DNA of 60,645 bases from NCBI GenBank assembly GCA_001938485.1, contig MQRK01179601.1, positions 1-60,645 on the forward strand. Direction: 5' to 3'. The translations under genes and the position numbers were made by a program. Position 1 is the stretch's first letter; the number at the start of each line of letters is the position of its first letter. The DNA is from Girardia tigrina (taxonomy: Eukaryota). A model generated the notes under the pieces. It made no database searches. It saw only the letters and a list, made by a program, of their open reading frames with translations, and was not told the DNA's origin. Shown here piece after piece: positions 25,000-38,475 of this stretch.

Positions 25000-26214
25000 T
25001 CCAAAGTTAGGCAGATGGTTATAATTGAATGAACTCCCGAAATTGAAGTCAATTTTGAAAAGACTTGAAGGTAAAGGTGCAATTATTGATCAAGAAACAC
25101 GTTTGGGTATTACATATGCAATGGCACATCGATTACTCGAATTAAGAAGCTAATTTTTTTATATGGCAAATCCGAAACTTGTATTAACAGAAGGTTAATT
25201 ATCAGAAATTTTGAAGATAGAAATTGTGCTGCGTCATCCATACCATTTGACTAAAATGTTACAAGCTGAGGATTTAACTCGTAGAAAATTCCTTAAGGAA
25301 TGGAAAAATTTAATACATAAATTATACAAAATTGGAGGACCATCGGATGCAAATGCATAAGACCAAACAATGCAACGGATACTATTAAATGAAGATCAGT
25401 TATTAAGAGGTAAAGAATTTATATTCGATATCACATGTCAAATAAAAATTGTACCATTAAAAAATTAAGATAGTTTAAAGGATTCATTATTATCAACAGA
25501 CTCATTGTCAGATGATAATTGTGATTTAGATAAATTTTTAGATATACAAAACTGTTTGAAATGTCGTCGTTTAGATATTACTGCACCGGTTAATGAATAA
25601 AATAAAGGAAATATGAAGGAAAAATTTTCAGAAATATTTAAAGAAATAGAAAAATATGCCATATCATCTAAGGTGAAGATACAAGAAGCGATTCGTCATT
25701 ATCCTGATGAAGTACAAGATATCGCTAATTTGTTATCAGTGTTGCCTCCGAAACAGGTAAGCGTGGAACGCTTATTTTTAGCTTTAAAAATTATAAAATC
25801 AGATTTACGGGATTCTATTAAGTAGGGTTTACATAGATGCAATTCTGTTTTTAAAGACCAATTTGTAATGATTTACTTTCATAAAAATTTGTCTTTAAGA
25901 ATAAATAAATATTTAGATGATTGTATAACATTAAGTTTTGTTATTTTTAGTGCATATAAAAACATAATATGAATTACGATAAATTAATCAATTTTATTAA
26001 ATGTTATACATTTATATATTTTTGTACCTCGAAAGTTAATTATTAGATCTTTTTTTCTTTTTTACGCTTCTGTTTAATTAAAAATAACTGAAAAATTAGC
26101 CGACAGTATATATATATATATAAATTGACCTAAAAAGGAATCGGAGTCGGAGTCGGAAATTTTAAATGTATAGGAGTTGGAGTCGGAAAATTTTAGTCTG
26201 ACTCCGCAGCCCTG
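25000..26214 (+). mobile_element. hAT transposon 3' part (degenerate transposase plus TIR)
   Basis: Dimerisation motif LPPKQVSVERLFLALKIIKSDLR, GGAGTC subterminal repeats, and terminus GACTCCGCAGCCCTG at 26214. Confidence 0.9.
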
Positions 26215-26610
26215 GTTTATGGTAGTTTAAATAGTTTTGATAATTCTTTTCGAATAACAATTATTAATAATTATAACTAGTATTTTCAAAAAAGTAAGAA
26301 ATATTTTATTTAATATAATAAAATATTTGTAAATGGTTTTATATTTTATGAGTTATTTTAAATTGAGAATAAAATTTGATAAAAAGTTTGACTTAACTAT
26401 TTTTAAAATAAAATATTATCATTGAAAATTAAAAAAACAGACAAAACATAATACATTAGTCTAGATTTCTTCCTGAGGCATAATTCATCAACAAAAAAAT
26501 GAATAAATATGTTTTTGCATTTTCGAGATACATATCGCCAAAAAAATCAACTCAAGTGAAAATCATACAAAAATATAATATTTTATTAAAAGAACAAATA
26601 CTTTTCTTTA

Positions 26611-27420
26611 TTTGATCGTCTTGTATGAAATTTGTTTGCATGGTTACAATTAATTCAAATAGTTATAATTTGACAATGAATTAATATTTTGTTTCTCAGT
26701 TTAATAGCAACATATCTTGGTTATTCAACACATCAATAAAAATTAATTAAAATTATTGATAACTTGTTTAGGTTTCAATATTTTGAAAAATATGAAAAAA
26801 ACAGAAATTCGAACTATTATGAAGTACGAGTTCCTACATAGAACTTAAGTATCTAAAATCATTCGAAACATCAACAGTTTATTCGGATACAAGAAATTAA
26901 GCAGCCATATAAAAACAATAAAAATTTAACGAAATGTCATTGAAAATTATCAAGCGATTAAGAGTATTTTCAAGACTTTAAATAATAATAAACACCTTCA
27001 CTTAAAATTGAAAGACTGCCTTTGTGCAGGAGAGGAGACATTTTGAATACAAATAAAAATTACAACAAAAAAAAGCTAAACAGGATTTCAACTTGAAATA
27101 CCGAAACTGCGGTATTTAATCAATATAAATAAAATATTGAAATAAAAACGTCGAGAGTGTATCAAAAAAGATGGCTAGATTGTTTGTCAACAAGACACTT
27201 CATGCTCACAAAATCAGCCCAATGAATTTGTATCATGTATTACGAAATCTGTGTATTAACCAAATGTTTTTGTCTGAGATTATCTGAAAATATAACTTAA
27301 TTCTTTTGAAGACATCGAAAATTGGCGATATGGTTAGACTGCATTTGAATAACTAGATTTCTATAACTGAATTACTGTGGCACATTTGATAGATTCTGAA
27401 GGAAAATACTTTTAACAAAT
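26611..27420 (+). mobile_element. degenerate, internally deleted mariner related to the 17745 copy
   Basis: The 5' region resembles 17750-18000. Reads MKKTEIRTIMKYEFLH...IRNINSLFG, with C-terminal LIDSEGKYF*. Confidence 0.7.
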
Positions 27421-28858
27421 CTTTCTTTCATTTTGAAAACAATAGTATTTTTTTATCTTTGGTGCATCAAAGAATGTAAGATAAATCTATCTTAATTAAT
27501 AAAATTGGATACTATGACTCTCTGATTTGATTCTATCTGTATCTAAGTAGGCTACTTTTGAATATTTTATAATTTTTTATCTAAAAATTATATTTTAGAC
27601 CCATAGCCATTTTAGCGAATTTTCTCATATGAAAAACGTCGTTATTGTATTCGGTATGTCTATATAAATAAATTAAGAGTACTAAATACATTTTACACCA
27701 AATAAACTATATATTTTTTGATAGATCTCATTAATTATTACCGATAAACAAAAATATTTTAAATTAGAAGGCTTAAAAGAGATTTTGAGTCAAAATAATA
27801 GAAATAAAGTTACTGCCTTGAGTTATACAATAGTCTGATTGTCTTACAGTTTATTATTTGAATCTAGATACAATTTCAATTAGTCCATGATAATAAAAAT
27901 TAGTAACAAAAGATTTTGTACAATTTTTATCGTAAAAATATCTTTTACAAAAATTTATTAAAATATTTTATTCTACAAAAAACTGACCCCCGTAGGATAC
28001 TAATGTTTTCATAACTCTAATCCTCATCTTAAATCGGTCACTAGTTTGTCAAAAATATTGAATAATATTTTTCTTGTGACAATTTCTTAAAGTATGTTCT
28101 AATAAACTTCATAATTATAAATTTATTTCCAAAGTAACACCAGTTTTAATAAATGTAGAATATATAAACACATCGGTTCAAAATGACCGTTTAAAGACAT
28201 TTGCACTAATATATACATATGTAATCGATCTAGGGTACATAAACAAATCTCAGCATAATATTCCAATTGCAGTATCATATTATATTATGTTCTATGAGTA
28301 TTGATCAAACGTTTTATAAGTTTCTTAAGATACAAAAACATTTTCGTCATCAATAAAAATCAAAGTTATTGAATCAAAACCAACTCCATTCTTATATTCT
28401 AAAATACGCAATATTATATTATATTATATTATAACGTAATAAAAAAGTATCAAAATAATTATAATAACAAAGTTAAAAAATATTTAATTTTCATAAAAAT
28501 ATTTTATTTTTATTAGAACTGATAGGAAATCTTTATTTCATTCAGGAAAATTCAAAGACTTCCAGCAGTTCCTCAACCAGATCAATTAGCGTTATTATAA
28601 AAAAATTGAACCATTTCACTCAGCGAAAATCCAATAAATCTAAAATTGTTTATGATTTATTTAAAAATTGTTTTTATATCATTTTAAAATATTTAAAAAT
28701 AATATATTAAATTAGAAATATTTAAGAAATGAGTGTGTACACTTACTTTTTATAAAATCTGGATAAAAATAACCTAACGACAAATTTTTGAAATATTTTT
28801 CTAAGATCAGATGTTGCACATTTTTGTCTTGATAACAATTCTGATTTCTGATTATTAA

Positions 28859-29346
28859 CACGTTGACGGACAGTTGCGTCTATAGCCGTCAAGTTCAAGT
28901 TCACTATGTGACATGACGGCAATAGCCGTCCAATACGAAACGGTCGTTTTTAGACACTGCGGCTGTAGCAGCACAAATGTGCATTTACCAGCGTACAAGT
29001 AGAAGCCTAGTGTCATGTTTTCGAAAAAAAATTTAGTATGCAATGTCCTGCACCATGCTTTGAAACATGGCATACCGAAAATAATGTATAATAATTATAA
29101 AATTATAATAAATTTATTTGTCATTTATTTNNNNNNNNNNNNNNNNNNNNNNNNNNNNNNNNNNNNNNNNNNNNNNNNNNNNNNNNNNNNNNNNNNNNNN
29201 NNNNNNNNNNNNNNNNNNNNNNNNNNNNNNNNNNNNAAGTGTATTTAAGCAGAAAGAGTAAAACTATACTTCTAATATTCTAAAAATTACAAAAACATAT
29301 AGTGTCAATTTTCGAATTTCACTTGTTTCTACTGTCCGTCAACGTG
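28859..29346. mobile_element. non-autonomous piggyBac-like element
   Basis: TTAA TSDs flank perfect 15-bp TIRs CACGTTGACGGACAG / CTGTCCGTCAACGTG. Confidence 0.9.
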
Positions 29347-29999
29347 TTAATAACATTAATTGAATTTTCAAAACATTTATTGAGATCACAACTTAAAAAT
29401 AATCTTTATTCAAATTAAATTCAGTTTGTTCAAAATGATCAACAAAATAAAATTTTTGTTCAAAAATAACGAATAAATTTCAATTCCTTTCTCAAATTAA
29501 ATGTAAAAAATTATTGCAAAACATTATTAGATAATTCAATCTTATATTATTAATTTAAGTTATTCAAACATTAAAATCGTTCTCAAAATATACATGAAAA
29601 AATTTCATCAAAACATTCGTGAATTGAAATTGAAATTTTTTTAAATCAAAAAAGTGAATTTGTAATTTCATTTCTGATGATTGGTTAGCCAATCAGAGCA
29701 AGTCATTCGATATTTTTCAAATCCAGTTTATTGCACAATTACTCATCAATCGTACACACTGGCGCAATTGGTTGATCCTCAATATTTTTTCACATTTTTT
29801 ATATTGGCAAAACAATCCCTGTATATTTACTTTTTCAATATTACCCATAAAAATATTTACCTTCCATATTCGACTTTACAACGCTAGAGTTAGTATATCG
29901 TTGACAAAGTCCAACCTCATCCATAAAATATCCAGTTACTTAATGTTTCGGAATTTTAAATAAAAATAAAAAACGAATTATGTTTCCGAAATTACTATT

Positions 30000-32640
30000 T
30001 GAACATCATTGATTTCCTTTAGGCAAAAGAGAAGAAAAGAAAATATCTAGTAAGAATAAAAATTATATGACTTTATGAAACTTTACGTAACTGGATCTCT
30101 CATGGATGAAGTTTATTTATTTCAACGACATGCTAACTCTAGCATTATTTATAAACTCCTCCAAAATGAGGCATCTCAGGAGAAATAAAAATCCATTTCA
30201 ATTTTCATATCTCAATCTTTTTATTGACGTAATAGCAATTACTTCATCAGTACTTTTTGTCAATCCCAAAAAATTCTTACTGTCAGGCTTTGAATTTCTC
30301 AAAGGCTTTAGAACATGAATCCGTGTCAAAACTATTTACCACCTCCAAATGAACTGAACGACCTTGTCTACAGGTAAATAAGCATAAATATTTCTATTGT
30401 CATATATTCTAACTACCTTGAAAAGTTATAAAAGATCCTGAAAATTCACAGCAGAAATCTAAATGTTATTGACGGTGACATCTTTTAAATTATTTCACTC
30501 TTGGTTTCGAACTGTCATCCTACACATTCTTTCTTTACTTCTTTTACCAATCTTCTCGCTCCAATAACCTAAAATCTTATTTTTAACTCACTCAAAAAAT
30601 AATTTGTGTCCCCATAATGATTTTTTTAACACCTAGATGAACAAAATATTTACCGTCCAAATTGTTTGTATTTATTATTAGACCCACACAATTCACAATT
30701 TGTTCTCCGATTTCAAATAAAACCCCATTGATTCTATAAGCATTGCAAAGTGTCTACAGTTCCAAGAGACAATCAAAAAAAATAATAAACACCGATAAAT
30801 TTTCCGAATTCCATCAATTGCTCCTCTCTCTGGCCAGGAAATATTACGTTGAAGGTAAGAAACAACCATCAATATCAGCTTAAATACCATAGTAATTCCA
30901 GTCATTAAAGACCTGTTTGCGAAAACCGATCTCATGAGAAGAATCATGGACAATTATTGACGGTCACGCAGGTTAACCACTCTATCTTGTTATCGCTTTC
31001 GATTAAAAATACTTGCAATAGCGCTTTAAACATTAAATCATTCTCTTCGTAGAGTCAAAATTTCAATTTGAAAAAGATTATCATTCATGATTAAGAGACT
31101 TACTTATATAACTCACCGTTCTGGAATCATCATCATTTATCGTCATATTTAAAAAAAACTAGCACGGTTCTTAGTGTTAAATACACGCGTCTGCATTCTG
31201 GACGTATGATGTTCACCATCATCGTAATTTCTCGATTGTTTCTTTCCTTTTCTCGAACTTTTACTTTTGTTAGAATAAATATGCATCAGCAAATGATACT
31301 TTTTTTATATTCTTCTCTTTTACAGAAGCATTGTTTTAAACAGTTTTTCAGGTATGAAATTTCTTTAAACAGTTAAAGTCCTTTTTCCAACAATACCTCT
31401 TTTCTTTTAATCAAATTCATATTTTAAAAGTCTATATTTTTCTCAAAATGTTCTTGTTAACACAGAAAATATCTATACTTTTTAGAATTCGGTTGAGCAC
31501 CTCGTCATCAAAATCTGTGAGCAAGGTTGTCTTTGGTAGTCACTTTCTATCGATGACAAATTAAATCAATCGTAATTCATTTTTCCTTCTCAAATCTGTT
31601 TCTAATTTCAGGAATTTTAATTATCCCACTATTAAAGAAATATCTTTCTTTTCGTTTTTCAATCGCTCTCGTTCCCACATCAATAATGAATTTTCTGAAA
31701 TTCTTTTTAATAATTCATAATATAGGAGACAGCACTTCAAATCGTTTGATCTGTTCTAATTTTTTAATTTCAAAATTATTTCTTCGTTTGATCTAACATG
31801 ATTCTCCATCTCTTTGATGTCGTCGCTTTTAATCGATGTGAATCTTCAAACTTCTTCTATCAGAGTCTGAAACGTACAATCCCCCCTCCGTATCTCTCTT
31901 ACAGTCTTCTCAATTTTGTCTGAGGGTGTGAGGATCAAATCCAATGTTCTTAATCAGTCGTAAAGATTTTCCGACCAAAAAATAATTCAAATATAAAACT
32001 TTCTCTTCGTCTGAAGCATCTGTATCTTTGACAGTTATTCTGAACGTCATTTTCCAAATTTCTATTTTTTTACGGATCCTTCAAAAGTAAATACCTTCTG
32101 TGAACTGGACTTCCTTAACTTTTCTTTGGCTTAATTTCAGACAAGACATTTGAAAAAGAAGTTTGAATACTCATTGATGCATCTTCTTGAATCAACTCTC
32201 CTTACTTTTCATAATTCTTTTCGATAGTTTATTAATCTTTCTTTAACTCAATGATTTCATCTTTCAAATTATTCTTTACTTCAAGCTCAATCACATTTTC
32301 AAAATATTGAATTACTTCTTCATAAATTTCCTGATAGTTCTCGTCTTTGGATCTGTAAAAGGCTTTTCTTTGATTTCTTCCATAGCCAAGTTTCATGCCC
32401 GTGATATTCTCATCCTTTGGGTCATTTTCCTTTTCAATTCTTTCGTGAATTACTTTTTAAATCTTCTTTGTTCATTTTTCTTTTTAGACGAGGAAGTAAT
32501 TTGATCTGTGAATCATTCTAAATTACAAAATTGAGCAATGTTTTGATGTCATCCAAAGATTTTTCATCAAAGACCACTTTCAGAAATCCTTGTGAAATCC
32601 CTTCTTTTTTATGGACTATTTTTTTCAAATATCTGATTAT
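30000..32640 (-). mobile_element. heavily degenerate Gypsy-like relic (gag, protease, RT start) interrupted by a BEL/Pao fragment
   Basis: Gag-like KVFTFEGS..IEIWKMTF...DEEKVLYLNYFLVGK (~32100-31970), with protease-like and RT-like remnants and many stops. Confidence 0.55.
30400..31000 (-). mobile_element. BEL/Pao RNase H-integrase fragment
   Basis: VFANR, YLQRNISWPE and ELKIRF*VIGARRLVKGVKKECVG match the Pao motifs FVANRV, FL...WP and LRxxFWIxxxRxxVKxVxxxCxxC. Confidence 0.65.
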
Positions 32641-32889
32641 GTTGCTTAGATAATATGGTTTATATTTATTATATATTTTAAATATTTAATTTTATTATAA
32701 ATAAATATATTGTCATTTCTTATGAGATAGCAAGAAAATGGTGGTAGACAGCGAGTGACCAAATTCGATTACATTGCAGCGACCATCTTTAAATGCCAGA
32801 AATCAAGCTCATCAACTCAAATGAGGACCATCACTGTTGAAAGTGGACATCCACGTTCATCCGCCTAAACAACAGTCATCATTTTTAAG

Positions 32890-32967
32890 GTGGGACAACC
32901 ACTCTCTGCTACCAGATGTTCCGCCATATTCGCAGGTTGCCTCAAAGACCAGATGGTAGTAGCAGAG
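32890..32967 (+). CDS. candidate internal exon of an unidentified host gene (GGTTTLCYQMFRHIRRLPQRPDGSSR)
   Basis: tttttaAG|78 bp|GTGAGC; phase 1 joins in frame to 33348-33405. Confidence 0.4.
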
Positions 32968-33347
32968 GTGAGCGTAAGAATCAAGAGATCGAACTAGTTG
33001 TACTAACCCATTTTATTTTTATACTGATTTGAAAATCCAATCAGAATAATTCAAAGTCAAAAAATAATAATTTGAAAACATTTTATTCTTAAATAATTCT
33101 GTCAAAATAATTTTTTGATAATAAAATTGAAAATAACATATAACAGATCATTTTGCACTAATTCAACTTAATTAAAATATAACAGATCGTTTTAATATCA
33201 TTTCAGTTCACAAAAAGTAAATCAGATCGTTTTTTTACAAAAAAATTCAAAAATCGTAGAATTGAAAATTACATTGAAAAAGAAAACAGACACCAAAAAT
33301 CAAAATTTAAAATAAAAATTGTAATTGACATTAATTTTGATTTTTAG

Positions 33348-33405
33348 ATGACTACTCTTCTCAACTACTCGCTCTGATATTGGCCAATCAGCCATCTTTG
33401 TTCAG
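33348..33405 (+). CDS. candidate internal exon (DDYSSQLLALILANQPSLF)
   Basis: Strong acceptor ttttgatttttAG and donor CAG|GTGAGC; GC-richer island within AT-rich DNA. Confidence 0.5.
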
Positions 33406-33614
33406 GTGAGCAATTTTCATTTTACCTTTGTTCATATTTGAACAAAATTCAAATTATAAATTTGAATAATTTTTATCTTTTTTACTTAAGTTAATTTTCC
33501 TTTCTTATTGTTATCCATTTAAAATAAAATGAGTAGTTCCAATTCTAAGATTTATCAATTATAACAAAATATTCATAATCTCGACTATTTAATGGGGAAA
33601 ATAGTGATGTTATA

Positions 33615-34030
33615 CAGGGTTTAACCTCTCATTTCGTAATAGAGGAAACGTCATTTTGTAACTGAGGAAATGCCATTTGGTAATAAAAAAAAGTTAAATT
33701 ATTCATTTATAAACTGCATAAAATTTCAACATAAAATAAAAGTCAGAATACTTGATATAAAATTTTTATTTATCAGTAATTATTTCCGAACTTAGACATT
33801 TTGGCAAAAATTTCATCATATAGCTATAATAACCATTGCAATTCACCTCACTTATTAGGATTGTAACATTCCACCTACTATTCAAAACTTGCTCTTCATT
33901 ATTAGGACGAGATTTTGCAACTAGTAATTTCCACTTTGCAAACATTTTCTCAATAGGATTCACCCCATTAATAATCGCACTTTCAGCAGACTGCATTTGT
34001 GCATTGAAAATAATAGGATAAAAGTTCATC
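33615..34030 (-). mobile_element. Tc1-like 3'-end fragment
   Basis: Reads NPIEKMFAKWKLLV...CNGYYSYM. Terminus TA-CAGGGTTT resembles that of the 19884 element. Confidence 0.82.
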
Positions 34031-35726
34031 AATTTGATTACAGCACATGTTTCTCTTCACTTCTAAAGTGATTTATGAATTCGCGTGCATTCAAAACTCA
34101 GAAAGTAATAGTGAATTATGATATGAACTATATTGTCTTTGATACACTATTTAGGAAAATAAGCAAGTTTATTAGCAGGATTCCTAGAGTAATCAATCAA
34201 CTGATCTTAATTCTAAACCTAGAACATCATTTATTTCAGCACAAATTAACAAATATTAGTATAGTCACTATATCGTATAGTATAGTCACTATACTATAGT
34301 GTATATCTACTTCACGGTAGTTTGACCCACAATTAATTTAATTGATATTCACCTTGAAGAAACATGTTATTAAAAACTATTATTTATTTTTATTTAAGTT
34401 ATATAAATCCATAATTCTAAAATTTTATTATAAAAATATAAATAAATTTTGACAATTCTTTTCTTAATAAAAATAAACCTCAAAAAACTAAATTTCAATT
34501 GAAATTATAATGATAAATAATTCTCTTCATATATTTCTGGAAAAAAATTAAATTATTTCTTTATACAAATTACTGATCAAAATCTTTGCTGTTTATTTTA
34601 AAAATTATCTCAACAACAAATTTATTGCAAAATTAAAATAAATATTTTAAAAAATTTAAAGAAATATATTTTTTTCATAATTTTACACTTCATTTATATT
34701 TAATTTTTTTATCAATTTATATCTCAGTAAAAAAATTAATTTTTTCATTAAAAATACAATTAATTTATTTAAATGAAAAAAAATTTAAAAAATCAATAAA
34801 TTTTTAAAATTAAATAAAAAATAATTTGACTTAAAAAGGGAAAAATATATTTTTTTTAATTTATAGAAGATAATGCAAATTATTTGGGGAAAAAATAATG
34901 ATGAGGCCATAGTTTAGACATCTGCGATTCTTTTTTTACGACTTTATTAAAAAGAACATAATAAACAAAAGCTGAGACTTGATCTAAAAATTAATTTAAT
35001 ATTTAATTTTAAATGAAATTAAAAATACATTAATTTTCTTTCTCAGACGATGTTTGCTGTTTGCTTAAATTTATATTTAATTGAATAAACATGTTTTTTG
35101 TTTGAATTTAAAGAGTTTTGCTATTATTTTAATAAGTTTTAATTAATAAAATAGACAAAATACTGAAATAATTATTTTTTAATATATAAATTTACCATTT
35201 CTTTAGAAATAATTATGTGCTTTTAACAACCTGATTTTATTTTATACATTTATAATTAAAATTTTAAATATTTTGTGTTATTTAAGAATATTAATTCGAT
35301 TTATAATGGACATTTGTTGGCATCTGTTAAATGCGACTGGTTTTAAAATTAAGTCTATGTATTATTTTAATACATTAATTATTTTCTACCAAAATAATTG
35401 AATATTGTTGCAAAAAATGTAAGACAAATTTTTCTGTTTTCACGAAATTTTTATTGTGTTGTCTTTGATACTTTTATATAGTCTTGTTATGTAAGTTTTA
35501 TAATAAAAATACCTCCCAAACAGTTTGCATATAAAAGAATATAATTTTATATTTTATTAAATAAACACACACATATATATATATAACATTTAGACTTAAT
35601 GACAATTAAATCATAACTAGTAAATCAAAAAACATTTATTTTCATATCCATCCTTTATGCGAACAGAACTCTACTTGGCCAACACATTTTTTTTGTTATA
35701 TTTGGTAGACGGTAAAATTACTATTA

Positions 35727-37002
35727 TTAGGTTGTTCGATATGAAACGGGTCAAAATTAAAGTAAAATGTAAATCGATTTTTTTTAAATAATAACATTTT
35801 ATTTTTAATCAAAATATCCCCCCATGTTGTCAACACACTGTTGCCATTTCAATGGTAACACATTTAACCCTTTAGTATAAAACACTGATTCACGAGAGTC
35901 AATGAATTCTTGAAAGGCCGTTTTCACAGCCCCCGAAGAAATGAAATTTTTTCCACGACAAGAAGTTGTCCAAGCTTTGGAAAAAGTGGTAGTCCGTGGG
36001 TGCGAGATCCGGTGAATATGGTGGGTGGCGAAGAGTTTCGAGACCCACCTGCTGTAGCTTTGCCACAGTATTTTTTGCCGAATGAGGGCGAGCGTTATCG
36101 TGCAATAAAATTGGAGTCAATCTATTGAACATTTTCGGCTGCTTAATGGCAAGTTTTTCCATCATATNNNNNNNNNNNNNNNNNNNNNNNNNNNNNNNNN
36201 NNNNNNNNNNNNNNNNNNNNNNNNNNNNNNNNNNNNNNNNNNNNNNNNNNNNNNNNNNNNNNNNNNNNNNNNNNNNNNNNNNNNNNNNNNNNNNNNNNNN
36301 NNNNNNNNNNNNNNNNNNNNNNNNNNNNNNNNNNNNNNNNNNNNNNNNNNNNNNNNNNNNNNNNNNNNNNNNNNNNNNNNNNNNNNNNNNNNNNNNNNNN
36401 NNNNNNNNNNNNNNNNNNNNNNNNNNNNNNNNNNNNNNNNNNNNNNNNNNNNNNNNNNNNNNNNNNNNNNNNNNNNNNNNNNNNNNNNNNNNNNNNNNNN
36501 NNNNNNNNNNNNNNNNNNNNNNNNNNNNNNNNNNNNNNNNNNNNNNNNNNNNNNNNNNNNNNNNNNNNNNNNNNNNNNNNNNNNNNNNNNNNNNNNNNNN
36601 NNNNNNNNNNNNNNNNNNNNNNNNNNNNNNNNNNNNNNNNNNNNNNNNNNNNNNNNNNNNNNNNNNNNNNNNNNNNNNNNNNNNNNNNNNNNNNNNNNNN
36701 NNNNNNNNNNNNNNNNNNNNNNNNNNNNNNNNNNNNNNNNNNNNNNNNNNNNNNNNNNNNNNNNNNNNNNNNNNNNNNNNNNNNNNNNNNNNNNNNNNNN
36801 ACTGATTTCCATTGCGCTGTTTGATTGTTTGTTGACAAGAAACTATTCAATATATTTGAAATTAAATAATTGATTTTTAAAGAGGAATAATATATCTGTC
36901 AAGAAATACCTTATTTATTCTCATACGATAGTTCAAAGTTAAGTTATACGCGATTGAAATGTAAGGTGTGAAGTTTGACCCGTTTCATATCGAACAACCT
37001 AA
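35727..37002 (-). mobile_element. young full-length mariner (DD34D), middle in an N gap, frameshift near the C-terminus
   Basis: Perfect 29-bp TIRs TTAGGTTGTTCGATATGAAACGGGTCAAA with TA TSDs; ATG at 36812; motifs LLHDNARPH and HPPYSPDLAPTDYHFF. Confidence 0.97.
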
Positions 37003-37241
37003 TACATTCTTAATAAATTAGTTGCGTTATTAGTAACCATTTAAATATTTTGTAGAAGGGTCAATTTCATACGAAAAATTTTTATAACTCCATTTTGCAA
37101 TTAAATAGTTACTAACAACATAATAAATTTTTTTATAAAACTAAAACATTTATATTTAATACAGTTTAAACATTCGTGGATAATCGTAAAAAGTTATTTT
37201 GCAAAAAGATTTCTTTGATTTACTAGTTTGATCAAATTTTC

Positions 37242-37474
37242 CAGGGCTGTGGAGTCGGAATAAAATTGCCAGACTCCGACTCCAACTCATTTATTTTTAA
37301 AATGTCCGACTCCAACTCCGACTTCGACTCAGCCTACGACTCCATTTCTGACTCCGACTCCTTTTTAGGTCAATTTATAATATTTGTTATTATTTTGGTC
37401 AAAATCGAGTTACACGACTCCGACTTCCCAAAAAATCCTTAAAATCCGACTCCGACTCCGACTCCGCAGCCTTG
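37242..37474. mobile_element. hAT-derived MITE with GACTCC repeats
   Basis: CAGGGCTGTGGAGTC...GACTCCGCAGCCTTG with a perfect 8-bp TSD AAATTTTC. Confidence 0.95.
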
Positions 37475-37543
37475 AAATTTTCAAATAATCATTTATTGTT
37501 TTCGAAAATGAGTAAATGTGCAAAGTTTGGAGAAAATTGATTG

Positions 37544-38475
37544 AGGAAAAAGCCTTCAAAAATAGATTACTAAATTATATGGATACACATGCATATATAC
37601 CTGTACAGAAAGTAAGTTATTAAAAAGAATGGTAAAAGTAAAGAAAATACACCATTTATATATTTTTTATTGTTTTAATGATGTTTTGCTATTACTGCAT
37701 CATCAGTTGTGGAAGAATTTCAGACTATAAGTAGCATATTGACTATTGTGTAATTAATCTCCTTTTTTATTTAAAAAAATTTTAATGTAATAGGTCCTAT
37801 TAACTAATAGAAAAAAGTGAAAATTCTCTGACGGTTAATTTGAGAACACCAAATTTTGATGAGAACAAAGATGTAGATGAAATATTTTAGTCCACTCTCA
37901 TATTGGTGGATTTACCTGCATCACTATGGGCCCGGACGCGGTCGTGACGAAATCAAACATTAATCTTAAAGAAACATTTTGACACATCATGTGAAAATAT
38001 TCAATGAGGCATTATTAATAAAGCATTAAAACCGTGCTTAAATTTCTAAAGTGAATTTTGCAGTAATAGCAAAGCATCATTAAAACAATAAAAAATATAT
38101 AAATGGTGTATTTTCTTTACTTTTACCATTCTTTTTAATAACTTACTTTCTGTACAGGTATATATGCATGTGTATCCATATAATTTAGTAATCTATTTTT
38201 GAAGGCTTTTTCCTTAAATAGGACAATTAACTTTAGAAATTTAAGCACGGTTTTAATGCTTTATTAATAATGCCTCATTGAATATTTTCACATGATGTGT
38301 CAAAATGTTTCTTTAAGATTAATGTTTGATTTCGTCACGACCGCGTCCGGGCCCATAGGGATGCAGGTAAATCCACCAATATGAGAGTGGACTAAAAGTT
38401 TTCATCTACATCTTTGTTCTCATCAAAATTTGGTGTTCTCAAATTAACGTCAGAGAATTTTCACTTTTTTCTATT
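37544..38475. repeat. interleaved inverted repeats: A (37544-37699), B (37806-38052), A' (38059-38214), B' (38230-38475)
   Basis: Near-identical reverse complements of 156 bp and ~247 bp, with a few substitutions and a 1-bp indel. Confidence 0.95.

Noticed and set aside
29673-29697. TGATTGG-TTAG-CCAATCA palindrome following CTGATGA
   Set aside because: It is short and lacks GAAA; it could be paired CCAAT boxes, but nothing else supports that.
36125-36850. Long ORFs spanning N runs (also at 240-360, 1439-1928, 20067-20470 and 29131-29236)
   Set aside because: These are artefacts of N translation. The gaps fall inside repeats, as expected for a short-read assembly or masking.
37242-37474. Short repeated GACTCC units resembling a CRISPR or iteron array
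   Set aside because: These are hexamer subterminal repeats within TIRs and an 8-bp TSD, with no repeat-spacer periodicity, in a eukaryotic context.
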